Source: Utricularia gibba (Eukaryota; Plantae; Magnoliophyta). Taken from it: 64,000 nt of DNA. Numbering within the stretch: position 1 is the first letter of the stretch; the number at the start of each line of letters is the position of its first letter. This document shows positions 52,385-64,000 of the stretch, piece after piece. The stretch is from contig NEEC01000026.1 of the NCBI GenBank assembly GCA_002189035.1, forward strand, positions 434,001 to 498,000. The letters run 5' to 3'. Under the pieces are notes generated by a model that did no database searches, was not told the origin of the DNA, and saw nothing but the letters and a program-made list of their open reading frames with translations. Made by a program: the position numbers and the translations under genes.

Positions 52385-54500
52385 GAGCTCGTTTGGTTGG
52401 CTGGTGTAGGTTTTCCCTCTTATTTAGATTACTATGATGTTGAACACATGGTTATTGATTAAAATGTATTTGGTTGGTAGGTGGTGGTTTTGACTTTTTG
52501 TATTTCATTTGTCAGTTTTGGATTAAACTGTCCGTTGGTTTCTGGTCTGTAAAGACAATTTTGTCCTTCTATTCTCATTTTCTCCTTTCTCTTCCTAGGG
52601 TTTGTGAGATGGGAGTAAGTGATGCAATCCTTAAGGCCAATGGATAAAGGGGCTTCCAGACATTTATGGTGGATAGTTGATGAGAGGAATCTGATTATTG
52701 CCTTGAAGAAGTGTATCTAAAACAATTGGAAGACATATAATGGTTTCAAACTTGGTTTGATGGGGGTTCTATAAGAATACATGCGAGAATTGTTCCCAAC
52801 GACAACTATATGTGCAAATCCTCATATAAGCTTGAAGGTTCAAGGATGGAAAAAAATGTATTATTTTGCAATAGATATTTTGGATAGGAGCGGTACTAGA
52901 TGGAATCTGACTACTACTATGATCGATGCTACTGATGAGTTGTGAGAGTAAATTATCAATGTTAGATTCTATTTGTGTATGGGCTTTAATTACATCGATT
53001 CTGCTTCTGTTTCTGTTTCCCTCTCAGCCATTTTGATAATTTTATGTTTTTAGTGAGAAGTGTATTATCATAATTTCATTCCCTGTTAGATTTATAATGT
53101 GTGTAGGAATAAGAGCAGAATTTAAAAAACATTTGAGAATGATCTAACTAGGTTTTTACGTTGTGTATTTTTTTCTTGGTTAAGGCAAAACCTAGTTGTT
53201 CTACACTATGGGATAAGGCATTTCCTTTCTACCAAGACTGGTGTGAGATATTTGGGAAGGATAGGGCAAAAGGGGAAAGATTGTGTGCATATGGAGATGT
53301 TGTGGAACAAGTGATGCCTCCAATACTGAGACGGCGAATAACTCTCCAAAGCAGCCATGCCCTGCTGCAAATGAATCCATTTCTAAATCGGTTTCTGTCG
53401 ACGATCATAGCTCCAATGAAGTGAAGACATGCTCTAGTAGGAAACTATCAGTAAAGAGGAAACGAAATGTGGCCCCATCATTTATGAAAGAGATGATAAG
53501 CATTGCATATTGCACGTCCATAGCTATCGAAGCTGCCACCTCCAGAATGGGACATGAAGCACGAGTGGATGACAACATCAAGAAGTTGCATGACATGCTA
53601 GGGCAGTGTCAAAATTGATTGTTGCTGAAGCTTTGGCCGTCTGTGAGGATATCTACATGGCTTCATAGACAGTTAGTGCTTGTTGAATGAATCTAATCAA
53701 GAAATACAGTTTGTAGTGCCACATTCATGTGATTCGAGTTGCTGTAGAACTTGTTGTATAATATTTTGTACATATTATTTTTATGAGTAACATATGTATA
53801 CTTATATCAAGATACAATATAGGGAAATGATGTGATTGAGAGCTTAGACCATATGCATCGAATACGCTAGTAATGAAGCTACAGGGCATAAATGTGTCAC
53901 ACACATTACTCCATGGAAGAAAAGTACATTTGAATGTGATCATCAATGTAGTGGGAGTAGTACGATTATTAAGGTGTTCAAAACACAAAATATCACAAGA
54001 GACTAATGATCACTATACATAAAGTGAAGAGTAGTAATTCAAAACCAGATTTATGCAATTATTCACAAGTAGCAAATGCATGAACATATCTACAACAAAT
54101 GAGCACAAATGCATAGTTGGATACAAAAATCTTTCCATATGTCATACATCAGGAATAGTGTCAGTCGTTTTCTCTTGATAAATAGTCCATTCCTTGAAAA
54201 AGTCACAGTTCACGTACACCAAGCTCTTCTTCAATGTCACCCTTCAACTGTGCAATTTTTTATTAGGTGACTTTTTCAATTTCCGCTCGTATTTGGCAAC
54301 CAACAAAGGGAGCCTTCACAAGTATATTTTCCGAGTTCCAAAGACATCCTGATAAATATGGCACAACATTATTGATGATTCAAGCATTATTATTGCTTTT
54401 TTTTTTTGAAAATATTGATAAATACATTGCATGTCATTGCTATCCATGCATCTCATCCAAAGAGGATAATTGTCATTTTTTTATGATTTTGAAATAAAAT
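52385..54500 (+). mobile_element. Second PIF/Harbinger remnant (Myb/SANT ORF about 52640-53618, transposase scraps about 54.2-54.5 kb)
   Basis: TIR-like GAGCTCGTTTGG at 52385; subterminal AAGACAATTTTGTCCTTCTAT is similar to 43452; NWKTYNGFKLG..ANPHIS.KVQGWKKMY..FPFYQDWCEIFGKDRA with stops. Confidence 0.72.
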
Positions 54501-55739
54501 CTATCATTTATTCAGAATATATAATTGGTGTATTATTATTTTAATTTTCTGTGTCACTCATTTACCTCTAGCGCACTCGCACACCCATCCTCATGGAGTA
54601 AAATTGTGAAATAATCATCACCAAAATTTTTCTTTGCGGATTTCGTAAACAGTGGTAGAATAATTTACTTTCTATACTTATTTGTTAAATAATTATACTT
54701 TTATAGTAATCGTTATGGTATAACATACAAAAAAATAATTAATTTATACTTACAATATAATATATGCTTCAAATACGAAATGAAAAAAATAATATATGTA
54801 CTCCGTAATCACCTTCTTCACTTGTACCTTGTTTACAAATCATAGGCTTTTCTTGAAATAATGTATATTATTAATACAAAAGTGTATAATAATGTAAAAA
54901 AAAAACTTTACAGTAGTCCATGTGTTGCAAGGTACATCATCTAATTGCAAAAGTTTAATAAATTAGGTGAACTTTGGTATCATGTTTTAGTTTATACAAT
55001 GTTAAATATAAATGAGATTATTTTATACTAAAATAAGTGATTTAAAAACACGATTGTCTTTTGTATAAATTTTTATTTAACATAGTATTACTTATCATGT
55101 GTTTTATAGGAAGTTTTATAATTTGATTTATATATAATTTTACTAAAACGTCCATATTTGATTTAGGTAAAAATTATTCTTTAAATCACAATATTTGATC
55201 TACTTGCATTTTGAAGTCCAATAGTTTAACTTATTCAAAAATAGGATAAGAAGTTTTCTATTTTGTTAATTTTATAGCATCCTGGCAAATAGGTCACTAG
55301 AGGTCACACGTAAGTAACATGTTCACAATGTGGCATGCAAAAAATTAATGTTCTCAAAATTCTTTAACAAATTTATTCTCCCTCAAATTTTAGGTTCATT
55401 GGGAGAGAAATCTCCTGAATCCTCTAAAATTTACAGTTCACGTTTTTTTGTTCACCGCTCACAAATGAAGAAGGCCAAGAAGAAGAAAGTTGAACCAATG
55501 AACGAGAGCTAATGTGTTTGATTTCATAGTAGTAGGTATGATGAGTATATCATAATGTGGAAGATTACTATTTTTTAGTTCATTTTCTTCTTGTGTAGCT
55601 AGTGTGTTTGGTTTTATAGATCGAGGTAAAATCAAGTTTTGAATGCAAATTTCTCAAGAAGGCTGAACATACATTGAAGTTACAAATGAAAGAGAAAAGT
55701 GTATCCAAGTGTTAGATTTGTTGGTCCCACTTTCCATAT

Positions 55740-56882
55740 TGATGTTGATTCTGCAAGTGCACAGAAACCGTTGAAGTAATAAAATAAGATCGTATCCACA
55801 AGAAATTGTTATTGAAATTTTCTTTTCAAACAAAGACTCAAAAAGACCGAAAGAAAGATTTGGTTTTGAAAATAAGAAGAAAAATGACATTGGATCCAGG
55901 ATCCATCTTACTTGAAACTCGTCGTTGCGTGTGTGCAAACCTTGAAGATTGACCTGCTTGCGCAACCTCTGGGGGTGCTATTCTAAAGTAGTGCTATTCG
56001 GTGACCGTTATAGCACCGTCCCTTGTTTTGTGGGATTATGGAATCAACCACGCCACCAGAGCCATTTCACCTCTTGTGATAACCCATGTTTTCCCCACAC
56101 CCAAATCTAACCCTTACACCTCACACCTCGCAGACAGATTAGACAGAATATGCCTTACCAATGATGTCCGATTAAGCCCTTCTCCTTAGGTGCTTAAGGC
56201 CAACCTTTGATTCTCTCACACTCCCTTCGGGTTATGTGATACTAAAGATCACGTTGGTAAAGAAAACGCTGCGAAAAACAGAATCAAACCTCGATTTAAA
56301 TATCGAAAAACATAGTAAAACAGTCACACGTGCAGGACTTGTGCAAGCAAGGCTTCACCGCAGATTCTCAGCCGCAAGCGCCTACACGCGTAGACTTGAC
56401 TCGAACATGAAAATAGACACGAAAATAGGAAAAGTACAAAGGAAAAGTGGTCAAAGACGTGTCTAATGATTGAGAGAGTAGGTATTTATAGGAAAGTAGA
56501 TTCAAGTCTTCATATTGAGCTTATTCGATGGACTTGGATAAGATCTTCTATCCAAATATTTTATTCAAATCTTCGAAAATCTTCTTCATATGTCTATCGT
56601 ATCCACGAATCTTGGACCAAATCTTCATTGTTTGACCGAGTCTTGGGTTGAGATTTGTGGCCCATCAAGTCCATAATTTGGTGGGTCTTGATTTCTTCTT
56701 AAATTCATCCAAAAGTACCCTAAAAATCCACAAAATACACTTTCTCTCCAAAAAGATCAAAGTAGTGTGAAAGATGCAAAATCAATTGAGAATAATGATA
56801 AAGTGGAGTCTAAGATAAGTAAAAAACAACACTCAAGAGTAGTGAAAGAATATGTTTTGGAACGACACAAAATCACTTATCA
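55740..56882 (-). mobile_element. Solo LTR (family A, Athila-like)
   Basis: TGATGTTG...CACTTATCA; TSD CATAT at 55735-55739 and 56883-56887. Confidence 0.9.
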
Positions 56883-57790
56883 CATATACATTACCTCTTA
56901 TTCTACTAGTTTTTATCTCACAATTTACCTATAAAATTCTAATATTATCCTGATTTTCTGTCTTTTTCACTACACAAATTTTTTCCAATTTAAAATTTTT
57001 TTCCCAAACACTGTTAAACCATGTGAACGAATATTAAAAGTATTTTAAATTGAGAAAATTCACCCTAATAATTTCTCACAATTTTTTCGCAATTTTTGAA
57101 TAATTTTTTAAAAATTTACAATATTATTAAAAATATATCTTGAATTTTGAAACATCAAATTAGTTGTATTTAAAAATATATATCCAAGATTTTTAAAATT
57201 TTTAAAATTTACAATCATTAAAATATAATTTATGTTTTTTTTCGATTTATTTGAAAAAAATATATAATTATTTAATTAAAAAAAAAGGAACGAATGGTAG
57301 TTGTGACAGTTGGTTTTGAGGAATTTTTCGCCACAATGCCATAAAATGAATACATTTGTAAACCTTTTAGCTAAATTTTTTACAAGTTAAACTATTCGAT
57401 TATGAAATAAAAATAGACCAAAAAATTGTGATTTAGAAAACAATTTTTTCCTTTGATTTATATATAATTCTACTATAATTTTCTTGCAAATAACCTGATT
57501 AGAACCCATTTTTAGATTTCTCTACAGCATCAATAATCTACTTTATGACTTGAACTAATAATATCAAGTATCAATAATTTCTTTTTGCTTCCTAACGGAT
57601 GGAAAATTCTAAATATGTTGAATGCCTAAAGGTTTTCCTTATCAAAAAATATTCATATAATTGAACAAGATATCTACATCACATTTATAAAGAAAATAAT
57701 ATAATAGTAGCAAGTCTAGATCAATCCATAGGAATCAAACAGTTTTCAATTGTAAATCTTATGTGAAAAAAAAATTAAAAATGGGGTTTT

Positions 57791-58730
57791 TGTTGGGACG
57801 TGGGTATCTGTTCTAAATAAGTTAGTAAAATTCTCAAAATGACTTCTACATTAAAAACATGCAGTGAAATACGTAAATCAACATTTTTGAAATTCACAAG
57901 CAAATATTTCACATATTGTTGTGATTTACACATGAAAGTAGTGAAGAAAATGGTGAACGAAGTATGTTGGGTTAATGGAGACATTCAAACAAAGTTCATA
58001 TGTAAGCAAGAAGTGTAACACTACCAAGTTCATGTAAATGCAAAAAGAAAGTGCATAAAGTAAAAATGTCCCAAGTCAAATCGTGTGCACGAGTCGTCTT
58101 CTTCTTCTCTAGTAGACTGGTGCTAAGGTCTTGTTGGGAAAGTTTCTAGTGTTCTACTACCATTCTGGGTGATAGAGGCAATTCTAGTGTCAATTTGGGA
58201 TTGCTTCCACCATCTCCTTCTCAACAGATAGATCTTTGTTCTGTAAGGCTTTATGCATTAGAGCCAATATCACGTTGGAACTGCTTCTCCTTCGTCTTCA
58301 TCTCGAAAACTAGATCAAATTCATTGGAAAATCACCTTCTAGAGTTGGAAATCTCTCTTCTCTCTCTACTTGCGTACCCTCTATTGCATGCCTTAGGGTG
58401 GCAAGCACTTCTCATCCCTGTTTCTCGTAGAGTAATCTTATCTTCTCGTGCATGCAGATGCGTATTGTCCGTTTTTCTTCTAGACTAATAATTACTATGC
58501 ATAATGGTCAGAATACGTGGCGCAACCCATATGAGCTAGCTATTCTTGAGCTTGGATGAACAATAAGTTCATCCCAACAAACACATCAAATCAAAATAGG
58601 TCCAAAAACAGGTTTTTACACAAAATAAATTTATTAACTCTAATTTTAATGACTTTCTATTCTAACTCGCCTAATTGTTAATCCTAACACTGAAAATACC
58701 TGAAATTTGATCGATTTTTACACCACATCA
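57791..58730 (-). mobile_element. Possible LTR remnant
   Basis: TGTTG at 57791 and CACATCA at 58730, followed by CTCCCTCT (PPT-like on the minus strand); no TSD, so the boundaries are tentative. Confidence 0.35.
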
Positions 58731-59559
58731 CTCCCTCTATTTTGTGCCATCAGACTATAAATTTCTTAGATACAAAAAATTGTAAGATCAACGAAAGAAG
58801 TAGCATTAATTTATTGAAAAAAATTAAGGAAGAAAGATGATTATTGAAGGGAAAATTTTTTTTGTAAAATAAAAAGATGATATTGTCTTTTATTGTCATG
58901 GGATTAACAAAGTCATGTGGTATGTATTTCATTATATATAATAAGTTAAGTAAGAAATTTGTTGAGATATATAATCCATAATGTTATACAACACTATATA
59001 CCAAACGTGGGATTAAAATGTGTTATTTAGCATAAAGCAAATGACACCACTTTCTTTGATTGATGTGCTTTCTGTACCAATACCTTGTATAGTAGTCTTA
59101 TATTCTTTATCACCACTTAAGTATTGATTATCTTGCAATCTGATTGTCATTGTTACAGAATTATCCAAGATGTAAAAATTACTGTCATCTGCATTACAAC
59201 ATTTTATGAAATATGAATCATGTTTATGTAATTTGACACTTACCACTAACATTTCTATCGTCACTCATTTTTTTTATGAGTGACGAGTGTTAAAGAGTGA
59301 ACCAAATGTGCACTGCGCAGCCTGGCTGAGCGTCACCAGGCATCACCGAGAGTATCCCTTGAGTACAGGCTACAAGCTTTCCAAGTGTTGCAAACTATCT
59401 TACCGACTTCCGAGTGTGTGGGGACTTATTTTGCCTGGGTATCAAACACCAGGGATACCAATTGTACGGTAAACACAAAGATTCACTGTTTCACAGTCTC
59501 CACATTATTATGCTATCTGTTATCACTCGTGCCTTTAAAACATGGGTTTCTGCTGTAGT

Positions 59560-61053
59560 TCACCCTCTCCACACGTCCTTAAGCTCTCGCATTTTGCGGA
59601 GGGCTTCAACTGGGGACTGGCACCCAAGTTTCTCCTACAAGGAAAGGGTAGGGTAACACACGCATTAGATATATTAAAAGGACAAGTAAAATCAGGTTCT
59701 TCGTTGATTTTACTGGCTTTTAACCTGAATTTGAGGAAGATCAACACGAATGAAAGGGTTCGTTTCCAGTTCTTCCTCGATGGTTGAAGGAATTGATGGA
59801 GAACGGGATTGGCGCTGCTGCTCAGCCCATGATAACTTCTGGGAAATCCGGGGGTTATCGGGCTCCACAGTCAAAGCAAATTGCAAGTTCTTCACGGTAT
59901 ACTGTAGAACTTGGAAATTGTGTCAAAAAAAAAAAAGAAAAAAACGGAAGCAAACTCAGCCTGTGTTTCAAACACAAAGTATCTACCTCATGACCACAAT
60001 ATACTCGAGTAGGTTTGGGCAATGAACCGAGTGTTACACAAAGGGATTGATACATTTGTTCTGCAGTGCCTTCGAAGAACTTTCCACAGCCAGCAATGAA
60101 CTGAGATTGGAACAAGTAAACAACATTGTTAGCCATTAGATGCTTACTGAAAAATGGGGAGACAGAAGACATCCATGATTCAAAGAATAAATTTTTTCTT
60201 GCTCACCAATGTGTCGCCGGTAAACACAGCAGGATCATCTCCCTCTTTTCCAGTCACATAATAGCTTATGTGCCCTCTAGTATGGCTTAAATCGGTACAA
60301 ATGAAACCTCATGAACACAACACCTTCCCAGGTTTGGAAAAAAAAGAAAGTACAAGCGTTGTCGCACAAACCAGGGGGTATGGAGAGACAAGATATTGAT
60401 ATCCGCTCCCAGGGCAATTTTATCACCATTTTCGACCTTATCAGTGCAGCCTTGAACATTGTCTGATGAGCCACCATAAACCTTAATCTCGGGCACTAAT
60501 GACTTCATTTTGTTGTTCCCTCCAGCATGATCCCTGTATCATAAAAAAAAAAAAAAAAGCAGCCCCATTTTGTTACATGGATTTAGAGCCCTAGCCCTCA
60601 GATTTGGTTACACAATCAAACCTTGAAATATGGCAGTAAGAAAACAACACCCAAAACCCAAATTGCACTCCAGAAGTATCTGCTACGCATTATCACAAGT
60701 ATGTCAGAGGCAACAACTAGCCTCCAAAACGAACAACCATACCCATGACGAACTCATCTGGAAACTCACACCGGAATGAAGGGTGAAAAAAAAGAGAGTG
60801 AGACACCCACCAGTGATGGTGAGTGGTGAGAACAAACTCCAATTCTGCACCGTTATCCCTAGCAACCCGCAAAACTTTGTCAGGTTCCACGGGATCTACA
60901 ACTGCTGCTTTCTTTGTGGCCTCATCTATAATCCTGTAAAAACGAAAAGGGTTCAGCAAATAAAGGGAACAAAAAACTGAGATTCTGCACCTGGATGTCG
61001 GATTACAAGTATGCATAGTTGTCCTCCAAGCACGGGATGTGAACGATCTGCAT
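59560..61053 (-). CDS. GLX2-2: Hydroxyacylglutathione hydrolase, cytosolic (glyoxalase II)
   Basis: Seven exons in frame: [66 protein letters not shown] and KDVWRG*. Confidence 0.96.
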
Positions 61054-61599
61054 TTTTTATGTGGTCGCGCAGAGGCAAGGCGGAACTATCTGTATTAAAA
61101 GGTCGACCAGTTTGTTGACGGTGGAATCTGGAGGATAGTGTAAAGCATTCTCAAACCATTATTATTCAATTCCGGAAATACATAAATTTAATTCATTGAA
61201 TTTAATTTATAAAGTTTCTTAATTTACTTTATTAATTTCTGAAAATATTCTTTATAATTTAAAACATAAATTTCATAATATTAAAATATTTTCAACACAA
61301 AATATAATATAAAATTAATTGAACAACAACTAATCATATAATATATCAATTTAAATTTATTCAAATATGCTTAATCAAATCTTTTTTTAAATAACGATGG
61401 ATATACTATCATGTGAATGCTTTACTTGAACTACATAATTTTGTATATTCATTCTAACATCTTTGTAATTTTTCAGGGTTTAGATCATTGTAGATCAATT
61501 ATATTTATCTACATCAATATTTTCAAAAATAGAATGTTTTATGTAGTATATCTATAAAATAAATTAACATAACTAGATCAAACTAAATCCACATATCAA

Positions 61600-62500
61600 T
61601 AAAGTTGAGTACTATATCAATTTCAAAATAAAAAAAATATAATTATAAGACAAATCATTTCAAATTCACAAGATCATTGATACACTTCAAAGTCCAATTA
61701 ACCATTTGAATTAGAGAGATTAACATATGCATTATCATCTTTATTTTTCGAAGTGCTATGAGCTAATTAAGCTCTTAGACTTTTGCAAGACCATGAAATA
61801 TCATTTCATACATTTCATTTTGTTCAAGACTCATCTTACTTACATCATTCTGATATATCTTCAAGCAGAGATTCGTAAAATATAATTGATTGTAGATCTC
61901 CATCAACTCATTTTTTTCTAAAGCTCAAGATATAAGTTGTTTACAACATCCTTGTATTCTCTGAATGATTTCTCATTAGCAATACTAGTAGAATCTATAA
62001 ATTGTTTCTCTTGTGATTTACGCCTCACAACCTTTTGTCTTATAGGCCTCTTTTCTTCTTCAATACTTGGAGAAGATTGCAAAGGTGCAGTAAGTTTCTC
62101 ATTAAATCTAATTTTCAAGCTCTCTTTCAAACCTTTTCCAATGGTATAATTTGTTACCTTGCAAAGAAGGCATATACTTATATGTGATAGAAATTGATAT
62201 CAACAAAATAATAAAAGTATATGTACCGACATCCATTTCTGCTCAAAACGCAAAACTTCCCAACATTTAATACAAATCTTTCTTTTTTTTCATTTTTGAA
62301 TAGCTCTAAAGCTTGGAGTTTGAAATCGTATTCATTGTAGCCATTATCTTTTATCGACATTATTCTATTGATACAACCTTCGAATTTGCTAAAATTACAA
62401 CTTAGAGTATCACACTTGTGCGTTATTATATCCATGCTTTAGACAACGATATGCAGAGCTTCATTATTTCCTTTTTGTGAGTTCCATATATTGAATTCTT
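61600..62500 (-). mobile_element. Highly decayed hAT (ZMYM1-like) transposase remnant
   Basis: SKSMDIIT..MSIKDNGY..VGKFC and ELKIRFNEKLTAPL resemble LQ.K..DI..RD.GW..V..FC and ELN.RF.E. Confidence 0.45.
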
Positions 62501-63040
62501 ACTAACATTTATCCAAGTTGAAAAAATGATCAATTTATCTTATCACACCATCTCTGAGATTGTAATCTTCTAATTGTTCATTCTATAACAAAAGAATCAT
62601 ACTGAAACATTTTGAATATATACAATATAAAAAAGAATAAAGTACAACAAATACTAAACAATAATCCAACTACACACTATACTCCAATTATACTAGATGA
62701 AAAAAATTTATTAAAACTAAGAATTATGAATTCCTCTTTCAACTCATGCTAGAATGGTTTTTTATGGGAAAAAAAAAGAAAATCAAAGGAGAAGTTTGTC
62801 CTATAGTAACTAATGGTACATCCACATATTGATACCCAATTCAACCTAGTTGTAAGCAATCTGTCAAAAGCAATCAAAACATTGCTTGGTAAATCGGGTG
62901 AAAACTTGAACTACGTACATATATGTTTTTAAAAAATGGTAAAGCCAACAGACATATAAAAATCAGCAAAGACAACAAAAATCAGCAAAAATCATACAAA
63001 AAACAGAGCATGCCCTGCCAGAAACGAATAAGAAAGGTGC

Positions 63041-63553
63041 TGATGGGGTGTAAATCGGGCGAAGATAATCGGTTCCAGAAAAAGCTGCCAAGGAAGTTTT
63101 GAGGAGACAGTGCCTGCCGACAGACCGGTGTGTCAGAAACCTGCAGCGGCGGCCGTATGGCACAGTCTGAAAAGCAGCCAAATTACGGCAGAACAGGCGT
63201 ATGATACCTGGAAAGCAAGGCCACATAGCAGGTGCAAAAGTAACCGACACCCGCAGGGGCAGAGAATCGGCTAGGATGGCTTCCCCTATAAATAAAAGGG
63301 GCCATAACAGGAAGGGGGGGGGGGGGGAACCTCCAAATCTGTATCATCCTTAATCATCTCCATCTAGTAAACATTTTTCTCCGGTGAGCTCCGTCAGCTC
63401 CGTGGTTTTTCCGCCTCACGGTGGTTTCCACGTAAAAAATCCCCATCTATCTTCGCTGCATCCAATCAAACCGAAAAGACGATAAAAAAGAAAGCGACAC
63501 CACCAACAACAGGAAATCGGCCTAAACCGGCATACCGATTTTCGCCCTTAACA
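63041..63553 (+). mobile_element. Solo LTR (Tat/Retand-like)
   Basis: TGATGGGGTGTAAATCGG...CCGATTTTCGCCCTTAACA imperfect terminal inverted repeat; CTATAAATA at about 63287; TSD GGTGC at 63036-63040 and 63554-63558. Confidence 0.85.
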
Positions 63554-63769
63554 GGTGCAGAAGAGATATTATGCAGGGAAAAGAATGTAAAATGGACAGG
63601 AAGAGATTCAATGTACCTGGAAGGAGTTTGAAGACAGCAACAAAGAGATCCAAAGAAATTGAGCGCAAAAGTATAATTCGAGTAATTTGGATGAAGAAAA
63701 TTAGGGCACAAATTCAGGTTTTTTTAAGTCTCATTTCACAAGAATTTAGAGCAAAGAGATCTTATCCAC

Positions 63770-64000
63770 AAGTAATTCTACGAGCACATAGAAACTGTCG
63801 AAGTAATAAAATAAGATCTTATTCAAAATAAAAACTCAAGAAGACCGAAAACAAAATAAAGATTTGGTTTTAAAAACAATAGAAAAAGTGGCTTTGTATC
63901 TAGGATCCATTTAACTCAAAACTCGCCGGTATCTGTGTATGTAAACCTTGAGAACTAGTTTATTTGTGCAAGTTCTAAGGGTGTTATTCTAAAATAGTGC
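63770..64000 (-). mobile_element. Family A LTR, running off the window
   Basis: GAAGTAATAAAATAAGAT..GATTTGGTTTT..GTAAACCTTGAG..TTATTCTAAAATAGTGC matches the left end of 55740-56882. Confidence 0.75.

Noticed and set aside
59013-59264. 83-aa ORF as a retroviral or Copia protease fragment
   Set aside because: Only a vague resemblance (ILDNS..TTIQGIG), with no intact DSG/DTG motif.
59258-59300. Helitron 3' end
   Set aside because: The hairpin is not followed by CTRR at the expected distance on either strand.

Overview
Eukaryotic (eudicot plant) nuclear DNA; there are no prokaryotic features. Compact gene islands with many ~70-120 bp introns (1-20.3 kb, 25.3-32.6 kb, 59.5-61.1 kb) alternate with nests of decayed transposons. 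Genes supported by spliced translation: an ARFB-class GTPase (partial), complex I 13-kDa subunit (NDUFS6-like), a NERD-domain membrane protein, a CMP-sialic-acid/nucleotide-sugar transporter, a WEB-family coiled-coil protein, a chloroplast inner-envelope protein, a LURP-one-like protein, organellar seryl-tRNA synthetase, cinnamoyl-CoA reductase, a group IIa WRKY, an intronless DUF247 protein and cytosolic glyoxalase II. A TOM1-like (TOL1) pseudogene is split by a Copia element. TEs: two Copia elements with paired LTRs, six solo LTRs with 5-bp target-site duplications (each read from the sequence), and hAT, MULE, PIF/Harbinger and Gypsy remnants. Most notable: a perfect 8 x 68-bp array; a tandem duplication of the W-box-rich WRKY promoter; loss of the canonical WRKY IIa intron; a 4 x 75-bp coiled-coil expansion in the WEB protein; a lone intact DUF247 gene in a TE-dense block; and single-G frameshifts in SerRS and CCR that are probably consensus errors. 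Homologue names and Arabidopsis locus IDs are recalled from memory, not from a database search. No unambiguous new biological system can be established from the sequence alone.
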